A stretch of DNA of 64,000 nucleotides from Eledone cirrhosa (GCA_964016885.1 OZ024742.1:326802001-326866000), one strand, 5' to 3'; shown: positions 46,118 through 59,281, numbered from the stretch's first letter. A program made the numbers and translations. The notes: a model not told the origin generated them from the letters alone.

Positions 46118-49100
46118 CCGCCCTGCACACTTTCAGCAAAAGAAATTTCTTTCTTGGCACCAGGTTCTGAACTGCTTCTCTTTATACAAGACTTCAAGTG
46201 AATGTTAGGCTCACTAAGGTTACCATAAGAAAGTGCATGCCTATTTTCAAAGCTGGTTCCTCCATCTCGACTCAAGTCTGGTTCACTCCCAAGTGATCCA
46301 ACCGAGGATGAGGTAGTTACTGTCTCAGTCATTCGGAAAGAGAATGTTGAATTTCCAGGATCCCATCCGCAACTTTGAGAATATTCTGTATGCATTTTCT
46401 TCGGATCTAAACCCAGCATGTCACTCTGCCTGTTTGTGAACATCTCCATAGCTAACTGGTTGAGTTCTGTCTTAAGGGAGTCTGAAGATGACATAACACT
46501 CTGTGGACAATCCCCAGAAGATGACTGGGTGTCTGCACTGTCAACAGAAGATGAAACGCTGTCTGCACAAATACGAGATGAAGACACACTGTCAGGACAG
46601 TCTGCAGATGAGCTGAGTTCTTCTAATGTTTGACATGATGATGACAGGGAAACAGATGCAGCCACTGGATCACTGTCTGTATTTGAAACCTCAACAATAT
46701 GGCTACTTTCTGAGTGGGGAGTGCTTAACCCAGATATTTGATGTAAGTCGATATTTTTCTCTTCTTTCAATTCTCCTTGTCCACCAGATGTATTTGAAGA
46801 ACTAGTATACACAGTCTTTTTGTTATATATCCTGTTGCCGCTATTTTGAGAAGATTCAAAATTTTTAGATGTTTTATCAGTAAGACTGAGCATTGGTTCA
46901 AATGTAATTCCTTGACCTGCTGAATCACCTTCACCACTATGTACCAGCTCGGTTACAACTGGCACTCCTGAAGAACTGTATACAGTTTTTTTACAATACA
47001 CTCTGTTGATGTTTTGAGAAGAATCTGGGGTTTTATAGACTGTTTCAATTGTGGAAACCAGTGGTTCAGATGATAGTCTTTGATCTGTGGAGAAACCCTC
47101 ACCACTACGTACCACCTCAGTTACAACTGGTGTCCCTGAAGATCTACTGTGCATTGTTTGCTTGCTATATACTTTGCTAGTACCTAAAGAAGATTCTGGT
47201 GTTTTTGATACTATTTTAGATTCACTCATCACAGGTTCAAATGACCGTCTTTGATCTATGGAGAAACCCTCACCACTATGTACCACCTCAGTTACAACTG
47301 GTGCTCCTGAAGAACTACTGTATGTTGTTTTCTTGCTGTATACCTTGCTACTACCTGAAGATTCTGGAACATTTGAAACTACTTTAGTTTCAGAGAACAC
47401 AGGTTCAGTTTGGAGTCTTTGATCTATGGAGAAACCCTCACCACTACGTACCACCTCGGTTACAACTGGTGCTCCTGAAGAACTACTGTATGTTGTTTTC
47501 TTGCTGTATACCTTGCTACTACCTGAAGATTCTGGAACATTTGAAACTACTTTAGTTTCAGAGAACACAGGTTCAGTTTGGAGTCTTTGATCTATGGAGA
47601 AACCCTCACCACTACGTACCACCTCGGTTACAACTGGTGCTCCTGAAGAACTACTGTATGTTGTTTTCTTGCTGTATACCTTGCTACTACCTGAAGATTC
47701 TGGAACATTTGAAACTACTTTAGTTTCAGAGAACACAGGTTCAGTTTGGAGTCTTTGATCTATGGAGAAACCCTCACCACTACGTACCACCTCGGTTACA
47801 ACTGGTGCTCCTGAAGAACTACTGTATGTTGTTTTCTTGCTGTATACCTTGCTACTACCTGAAGATTCTGGAACATTTGAAACTACTTTAGTTTCAGAGA
47901 ATACAGGTTCAGTTTGGAGTCTTTGATCCGCTGCTGAGCTGGCGTTTTCACTGTAAGCCATTTCAGTCATAACTGGTTTTTCTGTAGAACTGGAATACAC
48001 CATCTCTTTATCATATACATTGTTGGTACTCTGTTGTTCAGATTGTGGAGTTCTGTAGATAACTTCAGTCGAAGATTGCACAGGTTCAGAAACATATCTA
48101 ATGCTTGTCACCAATGACTGATGAGAAAATTTATCACATGGACTTTTTTCAGAAATATATCCTGATGAAGCTATCCCAGTTCGATAATCTGAACCTGATC
48201 CAGAGATATCTGATGAATGCAGAGAAGTGTGAAGCTGTTTAGTTTGCTGTCCAGTTTGATCTTGTTCTGAAAGCACTGATGTTTTATGTTCTGTTCCACT
48301 GGATGATCTAGAGAACTTGCTGATCATTGATCCAGACTGCATGTGAGTCTCTCTACTAGATGCATCACCACCAAAAGTATCTGCATGACCAAGGTTACTA
48401 ATAGTCTTAACTTCTTGCTCTTGGGATTCTTTGCCCATGTTTTCAGATCTTAATGAGTCAACTTGCTGTATGTTCACAGACTGAGCAGATATCATATATT
48501 CTTGAGGAAAACAGACTTCAGAGTCAGAGAGACTACTTCCCGATGATCTGGTCACTATTTTCTCATTAGCACCACTGCTCACCAATCCTCTTCTTTCAGT
48601 CTCATTTGACACAGATACATTTTCAGTAGAAGATTTAGAACTGCTACTAACTGTTTGACCTTTGATCATACTTGAGCTGATCATCTGAGTTTCACTGTCA
48701 TTTGAGTTGGATGAACCATCTCCAACAACACTTGAACTAACTGAATGTTGTCCAGAGTGTCTTAAGCTGCCTAACTGGTCACCAGTTGAATACATTAGTT
48801 GACCTCCACTGCTACTTGAACTAACTGATTCATTACCAGTGGAACTTGAGCTAACCAACTGATCTCCAGTGACATCTAAGCTAATCACATGATGTCCAGT
48901 GGAACTTGAGCTAATTCGTTGATCTCCAGCAGAACTTGAGCTAATTCGTTGATCTCCAGCAGAACTTGAGCTAATTCGTTGATCTCCAGCAGAACTTGAG
49001 CTAATTCGTTGATCTCCAGCAGAACTTGAGCTAATTCGTTGATCTCCAGCAGAACTTGAGCTAATTCGTTGATCTCCAGCAGAACTTGAGATAAACCGAT

Positions 49101-52100
49101 GGTCTCCAGTGGAACTTGAGATAAACTGGGGGTCTCCAATGGAACTTGAGCTAATCAACCGTTGTCCGGTGGAACTTGAGCTATATCGATTATCTGCAGA
49201 GGGAGCTGAGCTTATCTGTTGATGTCCAACAACTCTTGAACTGATAGAATGACTCCCAGTTACATTGACACCATCAGTATGCTCTTGGTTAAAGCCTGAA
49301 ATAACTGTTTGACTATTCATTTTACTATCTGTTAAACCCATCATTGACAATTTTGCACTTTCGGCCATATTTTTCAGAAATGCACCCCTCTCTGCATCTA
49401 AACTGGAAGACGTAGAAATTTTAGAATCAGAATCATCTGACTGAACATATGCAGTCGTCTTTACACTTGAAGACATCATGTTTGGAGCCTTCAATGACCT
49501 TTGTTTCGCTACGACACCTCGAGTACCATGTGTGCCAAAAGACTGGTCATCAGACTGATCCCCAGAAGATGAATATGAGACAGAGGATTTAACTATATTA
49601 TGTTCTGTTAATGGTGCTGAAGTTGCTGAAGATGATGATTTCGTAGATTGCCCTTCAAAATTCCCATGTTGTGCCTGATGAATAGAAACGCCATCACCAT
49701 ACTGTAAGCGATCTGAAGACTGACTGGTATGACTTGTTTGTGTAAAAGAACTTTCATTGGAACCAGAAAAAGATTTTTCACTGTATGTGTGATGATGTTC
49801 AACTTTTTCTGTTATATTTTCAATTGAGTAAATGTCAAGTTCATAGTTGGATGTTGACAGAGTAGGTCGTTGTGTATTGACCCCGACTGTCTGCAGGTTG
49901 GGAATATCTGTGTTACAGCTGCGATTGCAAATTTGCTCAAGAGCCATGAAAATTTTTATATCTGTTTGACAACCATCCATTTTAAATTTTGGTTTGTCTG
50001 TTATAGTCGAGGAATTGACACACACTGCTCTGGGCGTGTTTGTAAACCGGTGCTCAAAAGTCAAAGAATCAGTGAGGGAACCTTGATCCACAGTCCATCC
50101 TTTATCAGTTAGAGAGTAATGGTCCACCATTTTTGGTTTTGCTTCACAAGCAACAGAAGATTTGTAAACAGGTTTTGGTGGTGGCTGAACAGGTGCAGGT
50201 ACATCGTCCACTCTGTAATTACCGCTACCTATACTACGAGTACTTGCTTCCCATCTATACTGTGTCCCTGCCTCTTTACCTAATGCATGCATGTGGCAGC
50301 TAACTCCCACACTACGTACATTTTTACTCAAAACTTGACGTATAGCTGTTGTGATCTCTTCACTCTTGAAATTAATGTTCCATGTGGCTGAAAGGCTGTA
50401 ATCATCAGTGCCGATACCGACAGAACGCATGGAAGGCTTCACGTCATCACAGAGGTATGATATGCCAACATCTCTTGTTGGTACTTTGCACTCCACACCG
50501 ACATTACGTTTTGACAGTGAAGTTGATGGTTGACCAATAATAAGTGTACGTAGCTCTTTCTCGTGAATATGGAGACTTGAATCAGATTGATCGTAAACAT
50601 TTCCATCACCAACACCTATGGTTCGAGTTACTGGCTTGGGACTCCTGGCAACAGTTGGGCTTGAAGAAACAGCTTGTTCCATCTGTACAGAAGAGACTTG
50701 TTGAGCAAGTTGGGAAACATGGGAAATGTGGGAAACCTCTGAAGACACTGGTTGCAAAATAATGGTTTCTTTCTCCCAAGTCTCAGTATGACTGTCATGA
50801 TAGTCCTTTGAGAAATATGCTGAGCTTAAGTCAGGTTGGAGATCATAAGGTTCCTCAACACTATGATCTCCAATCCCTGTGGAACGTGTAACAGGAGCCT
50901 TCATGACAGCAACTGTCTGGACTGTGTGAAACTGAGGTTGAGAGAAGGCCTTACTTTTTACATATTCAACTGGTTTCGAGCTCTCTACATGAATGCGGCT
51001 GGCTATTTCATCCAGAGTTCTAGGGCTGCTCTCTACATGGATACGACTGGTTATTTCATCCAGAGTTCTAGGACTGCTCTCTACATGGATACGACTGGTT
51101 ATTTCATCCAGAGTTCTAGGACTGCTCTCTACATGGATACGACTGGTTATTTCTTCCAGAGTCTTAGACGTTTTCTCTGAAGTTGTTACAAATTTTTCTG
51201 AACTAGTCATTTTGTTATTGATAACAACATTTTTTTGATTAAGTTTGTAGTTTTGGGCTTTCAGTTGCAACATCAGAAGACGTTTCTCTTCTTTGAGGAC
51301 AGAAATCCGAACTTGTAGAACTGGAATCGTTTTCACTTGTTCTTCCAGTTCTCTCATTCTTTGGAGGCTGACAGCCATTGCTTCACGTATCGCCTCTAAT
51401 GATGCTTTGCTGATCATTGTAGAATTCTGGCTATCAAAGTTTACAGGACTATGCACTGTACTGGAACCATTCTGTTGCGGAAAATGTGTTGCAATGGTAG
51501 CTGCCAATTCTGAAGACGTTACTGTGGTTGTTCGGACAGAAGTTTGTGTATGGTGTGCAGACGTCTGTGAGGAATGTTCATATGTCGTGTTAGTTGCAGG
51601 GTAATTTTGTTCACTAGACACAGTAGACATGGACGAGAGGGAACTCACAGAGTCAGTACGACCCAAGGTGCCAGGAGACGATGCTTCTCCTTGGGCAGCA
51701 TTTTTGTGAGGAACAGTACCATATTTACCATGCAACGTATCATGTGCATCGTTACTGTCATAGGTAGATTGCTTCGTAAAAGATGACGATGTTGTTTGCT
51801 GTCTTCCAGCCATTTTGATCTTAGCATTCACAGATGAGTCTACTTCCTCGAGAAAGTTACGAGTTGCCGATGACTCATACTGGACGATATTTAAAATACG
51901 GCTAGTATCAGTCGAGTGGATAATATCAGGTGGAAGTTCTCCAAAGTTTTCTGTGCCTGTTCCACTTTCCTGATCCAATATGAATTCCATAGACTTGCGT
52001 AGTTTCTTTTTGTTACGTTTGATTTTCTTAAGCTGCTTGAGAGTGTTGCCATTGGACATGTTTTCACAGAAGTTGAGAAAATCCAAATCAATATGGTAGC

Positions 52101-52217
52101 CATAAGGACAACAGGAACACAGGTCATTCTGTGAAAAGAAGTCATCTCCACTTTCACTGCTCTGACTTGCTAACGCTCGAACTTGCACTTGATATTTCGG
52201 AGTTAGTGGTGGTCCAG
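46118..52217 (-). CDS. KANK: KANK homologue, giant 6100-nt coding exon (KN motif, coiled coil, long Ser/Thr-rich repeat region)
   Basis: Within ORF 46114..52248. KN motif CSCCPYGYHIDLDFLNFCE; KANK coiled coil AIREAMAVSLQRMRELEEQVKTIPVLQVRISVLKEEKRLL; several R-S/T-x-G-I/V-G motifs; LKSCIKR...KKEISFAESVQGG. Acceptor TTTTCTTTCGTAG| (52218) and donor GG|GTGAGT (46117). Confidence 0.93.
47250..47927 (-). repeat. Coding 168-bp (56-aa) tandem repeat x4 in the KANK exon, with degenerate flanking copies to ~46900 and ~48100
   Basis: Unit DQRLQTEPVFSETKVVSNVPESSGSSKVYSKKTTYSSSSGAPVVTEVVRSGEGFSI; GATCTATGGAGAAACCC recurs at 47421, 47589 and 47757. Confidence 0.95.
48780..49210 (-). repeat. Coding 30-bp (10-aa SSSAGDQRIS) tandem repeat in the KANK exon
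   Basis: GAACTTGAGCTAATTCGTTGATCTCCAGCA is repeated exactly across 48901-49090, with degenerate copies on both sides. Confidence 0.95.
50980..51167 (-). repeat. Coding 48-bp (16-aa RTLDEITSRIHVESSP) tandem repeat x~4 in the KANK exon
   Basis: GCTCTCTACATG recurs at 50980, 51028, 51076 and 51124. Confidence 0.95.
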
Positions 52218-52372
52218 CTACGAAAGAAAATAGTTGACAATAATGCAATGGTCATCATGATTCCAATGACAAAGGGGTTAAAATGATGATGATTCTACTC
52301 ATGATGACAATAATAATGACTCCTTATATAGGCAAAAGACGAGTCATTTCTTGGGAAGAGAAAATCAATAAA

Positions 52373-52583
52373 CCCTTTTAGCATTTAAACCAGCCATACC
52401 CGGCCAGAATTCTCTCACCTCTTTCTGTGTTCAAACCGGCTGTAACCGGCCACTCATACTGATGTTAAGGTATTATTCTTAAAATAAATAATATCAAAAT
52501 CTCATAGATTCGATATTATGTGAGGTAAAGCATTTACTGTGAATATACAATAGTAAATATAGAGTAATGTAAATGCTAAAGGG
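52373..52583. mobile_element. piggyBac-type MITE (same family)
   Basis: CCCTTTTAGCATTTA ... TAAATGCTAAAGGG|TTAA. Confidence 0.8.
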
Positions 52584-52589
52584 TTAAAT

Positions 52590-54090
52590 CAACTCAAGTA
52601 TTTTACTGGTACTTTATTTATCAATCCTAGAAGGTTAAGTTGACCTCAGCCAATTTTGGAGAGAGGGGAAAATTGATTATATCAATTTGTGTACTTCACT
52701 GGTACTTTGTTTTATCAACCTTGGAAAGATGAAAGACAAAGTTGTCCTCGGTAGGATATGAATCCCTCACATAGAGGGCCATAGCAAAATACTGCAATAC
52801 ATTCCATTCACTAACAATTCTGCCAATCCAATGCTCATGATGACAATAACAACAATAACTTCTAATTTAGGCACAAGGCAGGGAGTTGATAATATCGAAC
52901 CTTGTACTTGACTAGTACTTTATTTTAATGTCCTCAGAGAGATGAAAGGCAAAGTCGACTATGGCGGAATTTGATTTCAAATGTAAAGAGTCACAACTAA
53001 ATATGAGGAGTCATTTTGTCCAACATTCAAATGATTCCGCCAATCAATTGCCCTTCTAATAATAATGATGATGCTGCTGATGGAGGTGGCGACAGTGGTA
53101 ATGAGGATGATGATGATTTGTAATTTAGGAATTAGGCCAACAATTTGTGGGAAGGGAAGTCAATTAAATCAACCCCGGTACTTGACTGATTCTTGAGTTA
53201 TCAACCCCTGTAGGATTTAAATTCAGAACATAAAATAAAACAAATACCACAAGTCATTTTTTTTAATGATCATACAATTCTAATAATCTAACAATTAGTA
53301 ACTAATAATGATAATAATAATTGTTTCTACTTTAGGCACAAGGCCAGTAATTACCCAGTGCATTACTGGTACTTTATTTTATCGACCCCGTAAGGATGAA
53401 AGGCAAAGTCAACCTCGGCGGGATTTGAACTCAGATCGTAAAGGGACGTAACTATGCTGGAAAGCATGGCGTCCGACCCTCTACCGATACTGCCAATCCA
53501 CCACCTTCATAATAATGATAATAATAATGAATAATAATGTTTCTACTTTTGGCACAAGGCCAGCAATTATCCCAGTGCATTACTGGTACTTCATTTTATC
53601 GACCCTGTAAGGATGAAAGGCAAAGTTAACCTCACCTTAATAATAATAATAATGATTTCTACTATAGGCGCAAGGCCAACAATTTTGGGGGAGAGGAAAG
53701 TCGATTAAATCAACCCCAGTACATTACTGGTACTTTATTTTATCAACCCCATAAGGATGAAAGGCAAAGTTAACCTCGACGGGATTTGAACTCAGATCAT
53801 AAAGGGCCATAACTATGCTGCAAAGCATGGTGTCCAACCCTCTACCGATACTGCCAATCCATCGCCCTCGACCACCCTTTGTAATAATAATTGTTTCTAC
53901 TTTTGGCACAAGGCCAGCAATTATCCCAGTGTATTACTGGTACTTTATTTTATCGACCCCGTAAGGATGAAAGGCAAAGTTAACCTCAGCGGGATTTGAA
54001 CTCAGACCATAAAGGGCCGTAACTCTTTGCTGCAAAGCATGGCGTCCGACCCTCTACCGATACTGCCAATTCACCCTTTGTATTAATAAT
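52590..54090 (-). mobile_element. Chain of at least 7 SINE family A copies (old and young)
   Basis: Full copies at ~53318-53506, 53650-53867 and 53889-54076, a partial copy at 53536-53634, and degenerate copies at 52590-53290, separated by (TAA)n. Confidence 0.88.
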
Positions 54091-54982
54091 AATAATTTAT
54101 TTCTTTTAAGGGAAAGTACAAGAAAGACATACCAAAACTGGTGTTTTACATTGAATAAGGAGACAACAACCATAAAAACAATCAATAACAATGAAATGTC
54201 AACAATGGAAGGAGTGAGAACCTCCTAGTGTAATTGTGGAGAGGGGGAGAGCTCTGGATTATGCTGCCATAACAAAGGCCCTATAAGAGCTTTCTCATTG
54301 ATGCTTTTAGCATTGTCAATGCTATTGTAAGCATTTATAACAAGTCTCTGATAAGAGGATAACTTCCTCCCTTCTTCTCACAAGTCCTCGAATAAAACCA
54401 TAGAAAAAAAAATCCAAAATAAAATAATAACAGCCCACCACTTTCTCTTCTATTCACTTCCTCAGTCATTCTTGCTTTGAAGGAATGGAAACAACATACA
54501 GTAGAGAGGACTAATTTTGTAGGAGACAAAGCAATTCCTCTAGTGTCCAGTTCCATGATAAAATGTATGCAGTATACACTGTAAAGTGGTCAACAAAGTA
54601 ACAGAAACAATACAAGTTAGAGAAGATGCATAAGTTTTGTCGAGGATACGGAGAACCTCTTTAGCACTGGTGCCACAATAACATGCCTCCAGCACACCCT
54701 GAGAAGTGGTTGGAGTTAGAAGGGAATCCAGTCATAAAAATCATACCCAAACTGGAACATACAAGTGATATATAGTGTACTAACCCATCTAGGAGGGCAG
54801 TAACTCTGAAAAAGAACTGACTTGGACCATAATAATTTATCCAGCCCATGCCAACATAGACAGTGAATATAAAATGATGATAATGGTGGTGGTCTTTGTA
54901 GTGGTGGTGGTCTTTGTAGTGGTGGTGGTGGTAGTGACAATGAAAATAAATAAAAGAATATACTATTTGCCCTTATACATAC

Positions 54983-55034
54983 CAGGTGGAGTTTTCAGTT
55001 CTGCTCGAACAACTTCCTCGTGGTAAGTCGCCAT
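54983..55034 (-). CDS. KANK: KANK homologue, first coding exon (MATYHEEVVRAELKTPP + 1 nt)
   Basis: ATG at 55034-55032 and donor CCTG|GTATGT at 54982. The phase-1 end joins the phase-1 acceptor of the giant exon (G+CT = Ala, then GPP). Acceptor TTTTTTTTTTCAG| at 55165 implies a 5'UTR portion at 55035-55164. Confidence 0.75.
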
Positions 55035-57364
55035 TGTATTATATTTCCAAAATGTTTTTTTGTTTGTTTTTCTTTCCCCTCAAAAATGAGAGAATAGTTA
55101 TTTTTCAAGGGATCGTGATTAAAGGTGTTTTGTCTGGAGCTATCTTATCCTTCTGGTGAAACATCTGAAAAAAAAAATTGAAAAAGAAGAGTCAAGTCAT
55201 GTACACACAGTAAAAATGTGTATTTTGTGTGTACTAACGGAACCACACCCACAAAATGGTAACACCACCCTTCCTGAAAAAAATTACCACTCGCAATAAA
55301 ACAAAATTCTCTGAAACCATCCCATCATTCTTTTAAACACAGTTGTTTAGCTCATATAAGGATAGATAACACAGACAATGCTATGTCATTTGTTACAGTT
55401 CAGCTCCATGTCATCCTTGACCAAGCAGACTTATGATCGAAGGTGTTCCAGCTTTTACTACCCCATTATTTTGTATATCAAGCCAAAAAAGTGGAAGGTA
55501 CCCACAAAAAAAAAAGATCAAGGAAAACAAAAGTGCAGAACAGTATCATGACTGCATCACATTAAGTATTAAAGTCTTTACATTAGTTTATTGCAAATTT
55601 CCATATTAGAAAAAGATACTATAAACATTTGAATTAACAAACCAGTATTTAGATATTTTCTACAAAATAATTACAGGGTGTTGCGAGTTTAAGCCATGAA
55701 AATAAATTCTTTGATAAAGCCATAAACATCATACTTCTGTTTAAAAATCCTCTTTAGAAAGATATGAATATCACTATACCATATCCTCTTTCACTGTTTT
55801 TAACCATTACCACCATAAACCACAGTACCACCAACACTACTAACTCAACTAATATAAAACAAAATAGCCTTTTTTAGTCATGACTAACCATGGATTCTGT
55901 ATTAGGAAAGTTCCTCTCCAAGGCACAAGCATGGAAAGGGTGTGTGGTGGAAAACAAACAGTTACCCATGCATAGCAGGCACCACTCTCAACACCACTGA
56001 TGTTGCCCAAAGAAAAGCCAATAGAACTTGGTATCAGGGCCATTGCAACTCATTTACCAACTGAATCAACTGAAGCAACATAAAAATTAAAATGTATATG
56101 TTATAATGGTGTGACACCTGTTTTGTATATCTGTACAAAACATGGGTAACACCAGGCATAATTCCGAACTACCAACGAGAGACAACAATAAGAGACTACA
56201 ACGAGACTGTACAGACAGTTCCCTTGACAGTTCACTTCAGTTCTTATTTATAGACTATTCGCCTAGTCCACTTTTAGTTACGCGGGGGTATTCAGGGTTT
56301 TTTCCCACAATACTCTGCTCAAAGAAACAATACAGCACTCAGTCTGGAAATTTAATTCATGACCTTACAATTGTGAACACAACACCATAACCACTAAGCC
56401 ACCTAACTTTAATGGCATTATATCTGTTTATGGTTGCAATATATAATCAGTCTTGAAACTGTCGTGAAATTGCAAAAATGTAAATCCACTTGGAAATATC
56501 TATCTGTTACTGAAGCAATGAAGTTGAAGATTCTAGTAAATGGATGTCAGATTCCTGAATATCTATTCAAGTGCGGGGAAATATAAAGTGACATATCTTA
56601 TAAAACGAATGGTGCTTACTGTCATATTAGATATTTCAGTCTATTAGACATTGTGGCTATGAAGCAAAATAATAATAGTTTAGTGTGGTGTGGTGTAAAG
56701 TGGAGGCGTAGTGTTGTTTGCTGGTGTGGTATGATGGTGTGATGTGATTGTGATGGTATTGTTTGATGGTGTGATGTGATGTGGTGTAGTGTGTTGTGTT
56801 GTGATGTGGTGTAGTGTGTTGTGTTGTGATGTGGTGTGGCATGATGTGTTGCAGTATAGAGTGCTGTGGTGAGATATGAAACGATGTAATGTGCTAGGTT
56901 GTGGACCAGTGCAATGTAGTGTGGTGTGATCTGCTGTGGTGTAGTGTGGTATGGTTAGGTGTGGTGTGCTATCTAGTGTGGTGAGGATGTTATAAGATTA
57001 TTGGAACTCTAAGTAGAGAAGCTGATGGGTGGGTGCTGTAGCAAGTTGGTGTGTGGGTAAAATAGTAGTGTGGGCATTAAGAAGCAGCAAAGCAATGATA
57101 TAAAGGAAAAATATGGGACTGCTATGATCTAGAACTGGAATGATACTTATGGTTGTAGATGTTGTTTAGACCAAAGTTAACCCCATCTAGTAGACTCATG
57201 ATCAAAAGCATTCGAACTGTGACCATCAAGTTTTTTTACCTACGTGCATAGAATCCAGAACCACAGAATCTACTGTATACTTTTTTTTAACTTTTATTTT
57301 ATCATATTTCTAATGAAAGATGCTTTCTAAGATTTTCAAATTTTTTTTTTTTTTTTAAATATTC

Positions 57365-57700
57365 AAGAAATGGAGTTCCTCCGAAGAGTCTTTGGGGTAA
57401 CGTTACTTGATAGAGTGCAGAGCTTGGAGATCAAAGAGTCACTACTTCTCCAAATTGAGAGATCACAGCTCCGATATTACGGACATGTGGTTAGAATGTC
57501 TAAGGAAAAAAATCACTGGACAGATTTTATGGACACTACCAACCTGCTAAAGACCCAGAGATAGACCCTGAGCAAGATGGTTGGATAACATCCATGAAGT
57601 CAGCTGATCTCCCTTGGGGATCTAGCCAAATCAATTGGACTTGGTTACTTCTGATAGCAATCCCAGGAAGGCATGCCGGAAGACTCTTCCCAAAGGAGGA
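57365..57700 (+). pseudogene. Old RTE-clade LINE 3' relic (related fragment at ~23420-23645)
   Basis: EMEFLRRVFGVTLLDRVQSLEIKESLLLQIERSQLRYYGHVVRM. Confidence 0.7.
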
Positions 57701-58317
57701 GGAGGAGGAGGCAGCTTAGTATAACAACTAAATTTATCGTTATTAGTTCTTTCATTACTATATTTCTAAAGAAAGACAGTATCTATGATTTTTTAAATGA
57801 TTTGGGGAAAACAATATTTTGGAAGGATATAGTAAAATAACTAGCTGTCTCATTATTAAGTTGGTGTTTGGAATATAATTTAACAAAGTATCTTACATGA
57901 AATTATGATAGCAAGTTTTTAGATAAATAGACAATAAACAGTTTTTTTTATTGTAGAACCAGTGATAGTTTGAGGTATTTTAGTATCAAAACGGTCAAGT
58001 TGGTATGTGGAGCATAACTTACAAGATTTTACATAAAGTTACGAAGAAAAGTGTTTAGATAAATATAGATTTGGCTGTTATTTCTTGCAGCTCAAATCAC
58101 CACTTACATACCTAAATATATATATATTCAGGTATGTAACTATAGTTACAGATGGTGCACTGTTTGAAGCACTCAATGCTATTACAAGGTCTGTCTTGTG
58201 TTGGGTTGTATTCCTGAGTTACGGCAGCTGTAGTGTGCAGAGTGAATATTAATTAGAATCGAAGTCAGTGGTGCAGCATATGTACAAACTTTATTGGCAT
58301 ATTACATATATTCCTCA

Positions 58318-58370
<53 letters not shown>

Positions 58371-58525
58371 AGTATGTTTTGAAACAGTGAGCAGGTTTGA
58401 AATTAGGAAATAGAATAGCTTTCACCGTATTTTCACATCAATACTCATCTTTTTCCATTTATCTGAGGATTCTAAACCCCATTATCAGGCTAAGATTCCT
58501 TTAGTCAAAAATACGGTGAAAGCTC

Positions 58526-58595
<70 letters not shown>

Positions 58596-58602
58596 TAGAG
58601 AG

Positions 58603-59251
58603 AGAGATAAGAGGGATCAGATGTTGTTTACTCGAGAGAAGGCTACGTTGGTATGGACACGTGATGCGCATGAAAGTCGATAGCTGTATAACAAAGTGCA
58701 GGGCAATAAAGATAGACGGTAGTCACGGAATAGGCAGACCTAGAAAAACCTGGGACGAGCTGATAAACTCCGACATCACACACTTACACCTCTCCAAGAC
58801 AATGTCACTGGACCGAGACCTTTGGCGGTACTCAGTAACAGAGAAGACCCGCCTTACCTAAATATATAGTAAAACCTACTCCAGCCAGCAGGCATCTCTA
58901 ACAAAATACACTCCGTCCCACCACCACCACCCGATCCACACCACCCCGTTCTATGTAAAGTTATGTTGGTGCCGCGCCATCGAGGCCGAAACAAATGAGA
59001 TCGTGTAGGTGTCACGACAAAAAAAAACACACAGTCCACGCTGTAATGTGGCCGTGTAGGCAACACGGTAAAAACCTCCCAGTTCCACACTGTAAACGTG
59101 GTTGGTGTTAGGAAGGGCATCCAGTCGTAGAAAACCCGCCAGACAGTCCTATGCGAGCAAGACAACCACTCTTGCCTCAAGTGGGAAAACTCCCGTCCAA
59201 ACCCATGCAAGCGTGGAAGATGGACGTTAAACGATGATGATGATGATGATG

Positions 59252-59252
<1 letters not shown>
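58603..59252 (+). mobile_element. 5'-truncated RTE LINE
   Basis: Same RT C-terminus, 3'UTR and (GAT)n tail as 32140-32798. Confidence 0.93.

Positions 59253-59281
<29 letters not shown>

Noticed and set aside
48901-49090. 30-bp direct repeats as a CRISPR array
   Set aside because: No spacers; an in-frame coding repeat in a eukaryotic exon.
52218-52248. ORF-track start MHYCQLFSFV of the 2044-aa ORF
   Set aside because: Intronic polypyrimidine/acceptor region; the true start is more likely the ATG at 55034.
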